Assembly: GCA_965285935.1 (NCBI GenBank)
Contig: OZ260663.1
Span: forward strand, 112,344,001 to 112,408,000
Reading direction: 5' to 3'
Source of the DNA: Ophelia neglecta
Lineage: Eukaryota
Length of the DNA: 64,000 nt
The notes under the pieces are model-generated. The model had not been told where the DNA came from and ran no database searches. It saw only the letters and a list, made by a program, of their open reading frames with translations. The position numbers and the translations under genes were made by a program. Shown one piece after another: positions 52,296 to 64,000 of the stretch; the stretch's first letter is position 1; each line of letters starts with the position of its first letter.

Positions 52296-54421
52296 TCGGT
52301 ACATATAGCTTTCAATTTAATTGGTTGCTGTAAAACTTAATAAAATCTCCCCTACGATTCAAAAGAAGTAGGCTACATGTTAGGGAAAGCATTATTATTA
52401 TTCACAGCTCAAAAAGTGTCGAGAACTTCCCAAAGTACAAAATTAATGGATATATTGTATCGGTTTGAAGGCATATTTGGTTTATATGACCCCCAACCCG
52501 TAGGAGGCTTTCACAATTGTGCCCCCCCCCCCCCCTATCTCCCATAGTGCATGAACGCTTTCTAAAGGCCATACCTGATCTGGTATTCCAATTGTACCAA
52601 GCCATAACGACGCTGTTTAAATTTACCCAATAATAATCGATATTGTAGGTCTGTACCATAAGGCCCCGATAATAATGTGCAAACTTCTGGCGCGGATCCA
52701 GGAATTTCCACGGGGGGGGGGGGGCGCTCCATGTGGAGTAATTGAAAAGCGGCGGGGGGGGGGGCACAGCAGCAACATACATACGGTAGGGGGGGGGGGG
52801 GCAGGCCCCCTGTATCCGCCCCTGAGCTTGTAGAACACAACACGGTCTCGAAGTATCTGGCTGATGATATGTCTCCTTTGCCTTCATTGGAGGGAAGGGA
52901 GAGCTTAGGGCGCAGTCAAAAGGGCTTTGCTACATTGTTTGCGCATATTGTTATTTGAGTGATTCAGTTTAAAGAAAGGCAGGACACACAGGGGGCGACC
53001 AGTTTGTACCGACGTCAGATCCTCTTGTCTCCTCATTGTTCACCTCCTCATTTCTGATGACAAATCACAAGCCAGCCCCTATTCCACCTGCCCCACGCTC
53101 CACACCTAACCCTCCCTCGCGTCCTACTTGTAAGCTCTGCCTTGCCTCCTGTCTTTGCATTATAGCTCGTCCATTTTTTCCTGCTTCTGTCCCCTCTTCA
53201 CAGCTCTACTTGTCCCCGTCTCCACTCCACTCAACTCCCCAATCCTCACCCCCATTCCCACCCTCCTACACATTCTCACCATATATTAAAGTAGCAAATA
53301 AATTCCTATTTTCTAGCCATATTGCCATTCACCCTTTAGAATTGCCCTTTCACATTACTAAGCATGCTATTAGTACTATTACTAAAAACATTAGAATTTT
53401 TGCCACAAAGTATCTGCTTTATTCCATTTTTATATATTTGCTTTCGTGTAAGTTGATCAACCAAGCAGTACCCTAGGTCCAGTCACGCCTGGATGTACAT
53501 TTTCCGCGGAAACCCCGGACGTCCTCGGAAAAAAAGTTCAGACAATTTCCCGCAGATGCCACCCCCCCCCCCCCCCCCCAAACCCAGTGGTTGTGGGTAG
53601 GTACCAGACTTATGAAAGTGGATCACATCATGATATACTGGTCGTATCATCGAGGAGTGATAAATGCACAGGTTTTGTAAAGAGAGAAAACTAATTGTTA
53701 GGGTATGCCTGCCTTTGCAGGAGATAATTTCTTAGTCATAGTTCCCTAATGGCGAAATTTATTGGATTGCACTATTTTGTAGGGCAACCGTTAGACATCA
53801 CTGCATCTAGTTGTGAGTCTCGCGGAAGTTTGTTATACAAGCATGGTGTTCTTGGCTCGATACTAAGGCGCGAGTGCCACATATCGCCGCTCACACTCGA
53901 CAGTTAACTCTTTCTCGCGATTTACATTTCTGTTCTAGGGATCAGAGGCATCTTTCTAATAAATTGGAATTATTGTGGATTTGTTCCCGTGTTGTTACGG
54001 TAGGGCGTAAATACAGGAATGTATCAGGGGTACCTGTATGTAAATGTCCGTTGATTACTCTATGCTACTGTCTGCCGCGGGGATAAAAATCCATTTCTGC
54101 TAATAGATCTGGTTGTGTTAGAAGTATTCAGCGATCAATACTACGATAATATTCATTGTTTAATAAATGGCACGCTCTGTGTTATTCAAAACGCTGTCAT
54201 GGTCGCTGGGTGGCCTGAGTTATACCTAATTTTTATTGGTATGTAATAATGTTTTGTCCTGATGGACTTTGTATGGTCTTACTATATAAATGCAATCATT
54301 AGGTGTTGGATGGATAAAGTCGCTTAAAGACGATATTAGAGCTTTGGTGGGGTAAGTGCGTTTGAAAGTCTGCTACAAATAAAACGAGAGGGGTGAAGCA
54401 TCAGTTGATAGTACATACATA

Positions 54422-54599
54422 CAGTGAAACCTGCCTTAAAGACCACCTCTATATACAGACCACCTGACAATTCAGACCACTAATATCAAGACCAAAGTAT
54501 ACCATTTCAACATAAAATAACCCGTGTCAACAGACCACCTCTCTAATCGGACCAGTATTTGTCAGTCCCTTGGGTGGTCTTAATTCACAGGTTTCACTG
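54422..54599. mobile_element. 178-bp Tc1/mariner (pogo-like) MITE
   Basis: TIR CAGTGAAACCTG / CAGGTTTCACTG, TA on both sides, internal GACCAC repeats. Absent at the paralogous site near 44025. Confidence 0.85.
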
Positions 54600-56487
54600 T
54601 AGATATACCGTTTTAAAGGAATCAGCAAACTTATTGATTATATCTTACACTCAATAGCTATACAGTGGTCGGGTCCTACTTATACGACTCGTCATCCGAT
54701 ATACTGAACTGATACTGTTATACTCGTTGACTTGTCTTAATGAGTCTTTCTCCCTTTTTAGCCTATTTTGCTAGTGTAGGTTGGTTCGTTCAGCGCACTA
54801 GTTGTGCGAGTCACGTACTTAAACCTTGGTGCCCTGTATATAGCCTATTTATTATTTATTAGAATAAATTTATCCTGTATCTGTTTATCCCATTTTCCCC
54901 TTTATGTGTTCCCATAGTCCCCCCTTCCCCGCACACACTCACTCACACACACACCTAGCCACACCCCAACCCAATCCATCTACAAGTTGGTCCAGGTGTC
55001 TGTTTATAAACCATTTTCTACCCATTGGCCACATCTGAATAATCCCACCCCTTCTCATAGGCCCTTAGCCACACGCCTATTCAATGCTTCCTTCGATTGT
55101 GTCTAAGCGCCTTAATAACTATAAACCAGACACGAGATGGCTCACACACATATCAGTTTCTATACATAAACTTGGATGTCACATGGCCCTTATGTATACA
55201 TATTACCCTGGAATATAAATGGTTCCCATAAGACCATCGACGCTTTACATGATCAGGATGTTGCAGACTATAATGAAAAGAACTATTCAACACATTACAC
55301 ATCACAGCTCAAAGAAAGCAGCAAGACATCAAAATATCATAGGCCGCTATTATTGGCAGCATGACCATTTTGAGGATTCGGTCGGTACTGAGTGGCTGGT
55401 GTAATATTCCCCAGCTATAAACTTCTAAAGTATATGCTTTGAAACATATCTAACATGAACCTGACGCTTACTGAACTCTCTGTGGACATCAACTGTAAAT
55501 CACGAATGTTTCACTTGTGTTCCAGGCACGAAATGAATTTAGCGACAAGTATCACCGCGTTATATTTGCTAGTCTGTAGGAAAAACATTTTCATTCAAAC
55601 ATGTTTATTTAAACTTGAGTCCATGCTTCGGTTGACTAAGGTCGTCGTTCGCAGAGCTCAGCTATCTCGTTTGCCAAAGTTGAATTTTAAGGAGTTCAAA
55701 CTCGGTTATAGGGATATTTTAGTAGGCTACGATGAGAGCAAGTGCCATATTTTACCACATTAATGTTTGCTCATCATGAGAAAGAACACACATAATTAAT
55801 TGTTTCACTGGGAATATACATTTAATTAGTCAGAAAGAGTATAACACGTTACTTATATAAACCCAAAGTAAACCGCTATGACATGAACAGTACCTGGTGC
55901 ACTAAGTGATGGGAAGCATAGATTCATACCTGCTTGTTTGGCTGACAGAATGTTTTCTGGATTTTCAGCCCCACTACATAAACTGCATACACGTATATCA
56001 AATAATAAGTACATCTGTTGATACCCTTCAGAAAATCACATATCATTAAGGAAAATATTACAGGAAACTAGCAATTTTCAAGAGCTGCCAATGTATCCGA
56101 GTGCGAGAAGATGTCGAGAATCAACAGCTCCTGTAAGAAAAAAAATCAGTCTTATATTACTGAGTTGAGCAATGTTCGCCATAAGGACGCAATGAGTCGC
56201 CAGATTATTGTGGGCAGCTACAGGTTCTGAATGGCTAGGATTATTACACAGTTATTTAAGTAAAGTACATGCCAGTACGGTTCACCAACGTTTAGAGTAT
56301 GCTCCTATACACGAACGTCATAATAGGATACGTTGCAGGCTGTGATATGTATTATGCGATCAAGCCAGTTTATAGAGAATACTCTATCCAAGCTTATAAC
56401 CACCCTACAACGACAGCCTTCCAGTATATTTGTCACCTAAAGATTACTGCCTAAGTTGCAACAATGCAGCAAAGGTCGCCGATTACA

Positions 56488-56809
56488 TAGGCACTTTGTC
56501 ACATAATAGACGGTACGTTGGGCATGCGCAGTTCATGTGTTGGTCATACGCTAGTCATACGCTAGCCATACGCTGGCCATACGCTGATATACGCTTGTCG
56601 TGCGTCGACATGCGCTGCTCTTACGCTGATATACGCTGTCAATGCGTTGGCCTTTCGCTACACATACGCAGCTCTTAGGTTCAATGCGGTAAGTATACGG
56701 CACAAATCTGTTTTTCCAAAGGCTTTTTGTGCGTATGAAAATTATATTATGAATTTTCATACGCAACTCTTACGTTTCTCTCATACGCACTAGTGTGACA
56801 GATCCTTAA
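56488..56809. mobile_element. Degenerate MITE with CATACGCT internal repeats
   Basis: Ends TAGGCACTTTGTCACA / AGTGTGACAGATCCTTAA are loosely inverted. Absent from unit 1 (near 46048). Confidence 0.5.
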
Positions 56810-57408
56810 ATTACAACGAAAGCTTTCCAGTATATTTGTCACCTTAAGATTACTGTCTCCCTGAAGCCAGAGGCAGCGCACACAACTCCAGGTATGACAG
56901 CCTGGTCTCATTTATGCTTTACATCCGTTTACATCATACATTGAATCTACTACCGTTGTTTTGGATATTATCAAATTAACAATAAATGACTATTAAAGCT
57001 ATGTCTTTCATCTATAGATATATGTTTCCGTGTAGTTTGAGACTGTGCCAATACCATCATATACATATCTCGCTATACCGTCCACATATTGTATATCATA
57101 GGCCGGATATATTGTAGTTTTTCCAGGTTTGTATTTCGCAGGACACTACTGAATATACTTTCGCTGACACCTAGTCATTGGAGGTAACTTATCGACGGAG
57201 TGACTAGGGCATGATGCGGCAGACGAATGTTTAAAACATACATCGCCTTAATAATATATAATTAACAAAAGGTATATAGACTGCAGACTTCGATTACGTT
57301 ACGAACTCATACTTTAGGATCAGAGCTCTAATACTGACAAGTCTACGTAACCAGACTAACAGCGTACCTTGTGAGACACGTAATCTTGACTATAACACAG
57401 AGCTAACC

Positions 57409-58569
57409 ATGGATAGAGTGAGAGTCGTCTACGTTATTTTGTTATTGACAAGAACTACTAGGAGTACTACGACTGTACCCACTGACCCTTGGGAAAACGT
57501 TACTAGCGTTCTGCCAATGTCAAATGATTATGGCGGTGAACAATACCTGAATCCGGACACATTAGGAAGGGAAAGAATGGCGTTCATTGGTAAACAGTTG
57601 TTACTCTACGTAGCGCCAACTATTTTTGTGATTGGTCTTCTCGGAAACCTGGCCTCGTTCTCGGTGATGATGTCATCAAGGATGCGAGGCATGTCCTCGT
57701 CCGTCTATTTATCCTGCCTAGCTCTAGCAGACACTCAGGCGTTGTTGTACCTTTTCCTGACAAAGTGGTATGCGGATTCAGTTGCTGGGTATCCTTTTTA
57801 CATGGCTAGCGACCTTCTCTGTAAGACTGAGATGATATGGAGGAAGTTTAGCATGGTCCTGCCACCGTGGGTGGTCGTATCGGTGTCAATTGAACGTTTC
57901 CTAGTCACGTGGTTCCCTTTTCAGGCACCCCGCTACTGCACCGCTAAGACAGCCCGTATAGGAATATGTATTATTACGGTTCTGTCACTGGTGTACAGCG
58001 TGACCACTGTAGTTCAGTTTGGGATCAATCTTGGACCATGTGACCTTTCGGCACACAATTTCTTTTCATATGAAGGCCATGGTCGACGGTTACTTTCCTC
58101 TTTATACTCATTCATACCATTGGGAATAATAATCCCTCTTAACCTCGCTACGGCCACGCGGCTCATTCAAAGTGCTGTCAAAGGCGCCGAAATGTGCACT
58201 GCAAGGTCAACACACTACGGTAAGAAGGCTCGGAAAGCCACTAAGGTCGTTGTCATGGTAGCAGCGGTATTGGTCGTCCTCACCCTCCCTGGAACTGTAT
58301 TCCTGCCAATAATGGGAGTTACCCCGAAACCACACCCAGAGTACTTCATTGTAATCACACATAGCGTGTTCCTGGCTTTCATGGTGAACCACGCCTTTAA
58401 TTTCTTCTTGTACGTGTTGGTTTCGGAGGGGTTCAGACGGGAATTTTTTACCATGATCAGGGTGAGTGTTAAAGAAACCGAGCCTATCATGGTCAATGAA
58501 AGCCATTCTAATCCTGTGGGAAATAAAGCCACTGGCCCGTCTATGCCGTCTGGTCAAACACAATTTTAA
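57409..58569 (+). CDS. Single-exon rhodopsin-like (class A) GPCR, peptide-receptor type (FMRFamide/TRH/GHS-receptor-like), 386 aa
   Basis: Seven hydrophobic segments; motifs GNL, LALAD, LCK, SIERF, TLP and NHAFNFFLY, helix 8 FRREF; good Kozak context ACCATGG. Confidence 0.9.
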   Translation: MDRVRVVYVILLLTRTTRSTTTVPTDPWENVTSVLPMSNDYGGEQYLNPDTLGRERMAFIGKQLLLYVAPTIFVIGLLGNLASFSVMMSSRMRGMSSSVYLSCLALADTQALLYLFLTKWYADSVAGYPFYMASDLLCKTEMIWRKFSMVLPPWVVVSVSIERFLVTWFPFQAPRYCTAKTARIGICIITVLSLVYSVTTVVQFGINLGPCDLSAHNFFSYEGHGRRLLSSLYSFIPLGIIIPLNLATATRLIQSAVKGAEMCTARSTHYGKKARKATKVVVMVAAVLVVLTLPGTVFLPIMGVTPKPHPEYFIVITHSVFLAFMVNHAFNFFLYVLVSEGFRREFFTMIRVSVKETEPIMVNESHSNPVGNKATGPSMPSGQTQF

Positions 58570-59569
58570 ATTCAACGTTTAAAGACCTATGAAAGTTGGT
58601 AAAAGTATGCCTTGATCCCTCATTGAACCGGGACTGATCATGAAGCGTCTGAGATGTTATTTTAGAAATTCCTCGTAATATTTGTCTTTCTCCTGTTTGC
58701 ATGACAAGATATAACGTATAAATCTCACGTGTCATAAAGAGAGCATGATGCCTGCGCATACGACTCTAGGAGACTAGGAGACACTTGTATGTAGCAAAAA
58801 AAAAACAACAACAAAAAACAAAAACAAATACGACGTTAAACCTATTCATAAGTCAGTGTTCAGTATGTTATTTATGTTAGCTGTGGTACTTAAAAACAAT
58901 CTTGATAAGGTATTGTTAAAAGCATTACAAATGGATTAATTTGTGGATTCGAGACAGTTAATATCATATGCTACTTAATTTAAACAGACTGCACCTAAAG
59001 AATCAAAGCTAACAGGCCATTCAGCCTGGTTAATGTATGATGTTAATCATTGACATCAGCTTAAGGTAAACAATGCAACCTGTAAGTTTATCATACGTTT
59101 TCCGCCTTTTGGACACGTGTCCGGTCGGGCTAGTGTCTGGTGATATTAACTGGCCCAAATTAAATTTTACTTGTCTACAGGCATCTGACCAGTGCTAATA
59201 TTGCAGAGTTGTCTATATTGTTTGACAATATGAAGGAATTATTCTTTCATACATCCTTACAACAGTGCACACTCTCCATTAGGTTCAACTCGACTGAATA
59301 AATGTTTAGCATATAAATAAAGGCGACTCTGTTATTTTTGACAACTTCACACATCAATCATTCTTATCGCGTAAAAATCCATGTTATCCATGTTATCAAC
59401 ACTAGTGTGTAGATTCGGGGTTTTCAAGTTGAATGACCATTGGACGATTTGGCCAATATGTGTCGAAACTGTGTAATTCCTAGTTGTGAATTAGGATTCT
59501 TCTCTGGTTACCCACTTCTCCGTAGTCCTTCTTATTGAAAGTAATATAAGATATCATTTGTCATCGGAC

Positions 59570-62500
59570 TTCATGTCGTCATAAGGTTTACAGAAAGGGA
59601 AGTGGGTTGGATGGTTGCCTTGTTGCAGCGTTCGCCACATTAAAAGCGTTGCCTATCCCTCTTTACTATGGAAGATTATTGCAAAACATTCTCTTGCCTT
59701 ACATTTATTGAGACAATTCCACTCTTATCTTTTAATTTTGAGAGGGCTCATGCCATTATAGACTCTCCAAAGGCATCATTAATCGCTGTGCTATGTTTAT
59801 TTTTCTTGGGTTGTGAGGGAACTAGAGATTAAAACCAAATCCTTGGTCAAGAATAATTTATTAAATCGGTCCGAATTCAAAGAAGGGGATGCTATGTCGT
59901 GGACTATAATAACTTCAATAGACACATTTTAAACACTAAGGGAGGCGTGCGCCTGAGAGATGTAGGCATGAGTCATGCTACCCCCGGCGATGATATTACA
60001 CTACTATCACCGACCTCATCTGGTCTTCAAATGTTGATGAAGGCTGCAAGAGACAATAGCCGCAGATTGAGTCGAACATTGTCACCTACGTAAACCAAGT
60101 TAAAGGTTCGTGGGGATACAAAGAAACAAAGCGCAAAAAATTATAATGGCACATCAAGGAATCATCTATCGAAGACTTCAGTGTAACACACGTCGGTAGA
60201 GACCGAGCCACAGACGTTTTCTTCTATAAAGCGAACTGAAGCCTTGTTGTACACATTGATATTAGAAACAGTCGGGATAAAATCTACCTGCTGCCTATTC
60301 TTCATGGAACAGAACTGTGGACTCGGCTTAATAATGAATACATTTTGCCGGAAATCGTACACCATTATTCATCTAAGCCGCCAATCCACGGTTTTATGCC
60401 TAGAGCCCAATCAGACATTGCGCTATCTAGTCTGGGGTAGGTATCAATGGAAATCGAAAAGGCCTTGAAACGCCAAATGTTTCTACCAAAGGTCATCTCA
60501 ATAGACATTTAGCGTACAGAACTTTCAAATTAGGCTACATAATTCAATAAAGACCATCAGCAAACTAAGAAAGGCTTCACAACAGATTTTTTGGGATCCT
60601 AGATATATGTAAGCTGTTTTCGTATACGAAGTTGTAATGGAAGGACGCCTGTTGCATTGCACAGAACAGTGTCTGGTACTGACTATCATTGCCAAGAGGA
60701 CGTTAGATTGTGACCGCCTTGAAGTAGCTATGAGACTCAGATCTGGATAATTGCCATTTCAGAATTAACACCTTGCAGAACAAGCCGAACCATCAGCTCT
60801 TTTTATTTTTTAGCCAAATTGAATATAGAGTGTTTAAAATCGGCATAACATATATTTTGCGACGAACGATGTCCTATATCAACTGAATTGAGATGCAATC
60901 TATGGGAGGAAACAACAATGTCAGGCATGTCTATAACAATTTTTCCTAAAAATAACACAGTTTATAAATTCAGGCAAAATTAGCTTTAAGAAAATACTAT
61001 GATCAGCTGTATCTCATGCTTTCTCATTAACATTGCCAATCGGACCCTTCGCACTGTTATTAGGTTTAGAACTTAATGCACTCATCTAAAGACATAAATT
61101 TCATTCTGAGTAATGATTATCACTGCTAAAATTTAATGTTTCCTTGTGAGTTTCAATGTTTTCTTGTGAGTGTGAATTGTTCCCTGTGGGTTTTAATGTT
61201 TTTCGACGATGTGAGTAATAAGACTGTAGACGCTAAGTAAACATTGCAAGGTGATCGTAGGTCAGTATCGTAATGTCACTTTACCATGTTATGTGAAGTA
61301 TTGAAAGTTGCAAGTGTAATATAACAACTCTGGGTGTTTGGTATAGCCAATAAACACACTTTTATGATTCGTGCGCATGCCAGACGCTGAAGTTAGTCGG
61401 AAAACCTGCACAACATTTGCAAACATATTGCTAGATGTGTCTTGATGCGGTGAGTCACTCTTCTGACAAGTATGAATAATCTTTTTGACTTTCATCATTG
61501 TCTTATCTCATTTCGTCTGTTGAAGGTTGTAGGATATAGGCGCCGGCTCCCGAGCTGGTATTAATATTACCTGAGAGGAAATAAACTGCAAGTTGATTCA
61601 AAAATATTAATTACTAGTATTATTTTTACAATTTCACTCGCGTTTGATATCGTAGACTAATGTAACAAATTAATACTCCAGTAGATTGATGTGTGAGACA
61701 CCGACTATCTAGGAGATCAATCAGATAGGCTGACTGAAAAAAGGGGAAATCCACGGAAGGACAATTACAGTAGTTCATTAAGAAAATATATCTTATATCA
61801 ATCCAAATTATTTAGTTTTGTCAACCACGAAAACAATGCAAATCAATATTGTCAGCTAAAACAATGTGTATAACCAGTATTGCACGATGTGTGTAACACC
61901 ATACAACCAGAGAGTCTGCTGTCATAAAAGGACACGGGTAGAACTGAGCTAAAAAAATATGATAATGCAAAAATGATCATGGAAAAAGCGATGAGAGTTA
62001 GAACCAGACACACTTATAAAGATAACAATTGGACTGCTTACGCCTGTATTATGATCAGTGGAACTAAATGATAATGGGAATTTGAACTAGTGACGCTTTC
62101 TCTGCGATCGAATGACGGCAACCGCAACATATACTTCGTGCTAATGCTCCCGCTTACATATGAGGGTGAGAGATATGCGTTTTCATCTTGGTGCATTTTT
62201 GTGGGCCGTTCAACCAGCTACCTGTTCCCCACGTTTAAATATTTCAACAAGTAAAGGACTGTGTCACAGAATCCCCTGTGAGCCGTTGAATCTAGGTGGC
62301 CGGACAATCAGGACACAGAAAAATCTATTACACTATATACACTTTGATTTATTTACGGTTATTTACAGTGATCCTTGGTGTCCTAAAACGACACACACAT
62401 ATGCTTAATATCGACCTTTAGCCATCAGCCAGTCATATACAACCGATAGAACTTGTACAAATAGCGACGAACTTGATTTCACCACCTAAAACTACACAGT

Positions 62501-63133
62501 ATTTAATATCCACACTTAATATTCACATAAACTCGCCTGATTAAGTACAAGCACTATAACAGGGGTATCCACACAGCCCACAATAATCGTCAACCAAAAG
62601 AAATGGTCAATTCACCAAACCACCAATTGACCCCTCCAATTCAGTATATTACATGTCATACAAAAATTATCACTTGGTCAAAAACTACACATTGACCCCA
62701 CCGATTCAACATGTTACAAAGTAATACACGCTAAAATTTCACACAGCGGATCACGTAGACCCCACAATTTCTACACTGTCAGTCACAAAGCTCGCGCAGT
62801 TTACTGATTCAATATGTTACAAAACCTTGTCTGAGCAAGTATCACCCATATAGCAGTTATCAACACAGTTCACATTATTTATTATGCAGCTATGGTCACT
62901 TTGTCAGACCACCAACTGACTCCACCAACTCAGTATATTACAAAGTATTATGAGCCAAAACTTTTCACACAGCAGGCCACACAGGCAACACCGTTTCCAC
63001 ACAGCAGGCCACACGGGCCACACAGTTTCCACACAGTGTCATGGTTGATCACAGGTCGGGATTATGGCTATCTTCTGTCTCACCTTATCAAAAGGGGCTT
63101 AAATAAGAATGAACAATGCTTAGGTTAAAGCCA
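59570..63133. mobile_element. About 3.56-kb segment present only in unit 2, containing a decayed LINE RT relic
   Basis: The flanks join directly in unit 1 (TCATCGGAC|AAGTCAAAC at 48750). 59899-60093 encodes GDDITLLSPTSSGLQML, resembling the RT ADD region. Confidence 0.6.
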
Positions 63134-64000
63134 AAGTCAAACAAATTACGATACGGGTAGAATTAACAATATAGTGATCCAAGGTGAAAAATGGCACAAC
63201 CACATTGCCATACTTCAATAATACATAGCCGTAAGTAAACTTCACTCGGCGTTAAACAGCCCTACATATACAACTCATTGCAGAAACTAAATGAAAAGTG
63301 ACATTACTTACATAAGACACTATTGCAGATAGGTCTCAGGATAGAAAAACTACAGATGTTATCTTACTCATAAACTTCACAATCTTGTCAATTGATACAC
63401 ACACTACAAGTCACCATGTGCTTCTGCACACACCCTCCAGCACACTGCTACATGGCTTTTCAACACAAAGTAAATCTAACAAAAGGAAAATGACTGAATG
63501 TGTTCGGGCAGCTTGACCAGTAGTCCAGGCAAAGCATAATAATCATGTGCTTCACAGGCACAGTAAAACCAGTAGTCCAGGCAAAGCATAATAATCACTT
63601 GCTTCACAAGCACAGGAAAACATACACTATGGGTGTCACAATAATCAGCTACAGACATGTGACAGATTGTTATAAGGAAAGATTGAAATAAACTAAAATC
63701 GAAAAACAACTGTCTTTGCTAGCAGTACTGTATTTTGAAACAGACATAGTATAAGGCCTTTGTGTATACATCTCTTGGAGTAGCTCCCATGTCATGTGCT
63801 GTTGGTCTGTTATATAGACTATGTTCTAAAATGACGTTTGTGCATACTGTGAATAACAATAATTTTAATCACCTTCAAATTAATTTAGATAAATTATTAG
63901 GAACTGTTAGACACATGCTTACACCCTTGCGCCTTATAGAACAATATCGTTGTTAAAATAGGTAGGTTTAGGTAAACTTGGTCTCACAGTGAAGAGAAAT

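Larger units (their letters stand above)
51555..64000 (+). repeat. Segmental duplication unit 2 (runs off the window end)
   Basis: Matches unit 1 apart from indels. The window end GAAGAGAAAT corresponds to position 49616. Confidence 0.9.

Overview
Eukaryotic, intron-rich animal DNA (probably a lophotrochozoan invertebrate; inferred from gene content and not provable here). Splicing exons by hand (GT-AG sites, phase-matched) gives four parts. (1) A tandem cluster of three paralogous receptors with the same ectodomain plan (signal peptide, EGF-like, F-type lectin, EGF-like x2, FN3) but different C-termini. Copy A (1929-8914) is intact, about 570 aa, with a TM helix and a short non-catalytic Tyr-motif tail. 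Copy B (16716-24354) is a dual-domain receptor tyrosine phosphatase with a ruined ectodomain. Copy C (27978-33887) is A-type but is frameshifted to a stop just before the TM. Amino-acid differences concentrate in the predicted lectin binding loops, and copy B looks like a mosaic of A-like and C-like tracts. (2) A near full-length, degenerate APE-RT LINE (minus strand, about 9.9-15.35 kb) inserted between A and B. (3) A 5-exon minus-strand gene (35825-40635) encoding an Ala/Lys-rich N-terminus fused to an IQANK1-type C-terminal domain, without IQ or ankyrin repeats. (4) A tandem segmental duplication (about 41.7-49.6 kb and 51.6-64 kb) that starts at a 36-bp minisatellite and carries a single-exon class A peptide-type GPCR (one copy intact, one frameshifted), plus copy-specific MITE and LINE-relic insertions. 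No tRNA, rRNA or CRISPR features were seen.
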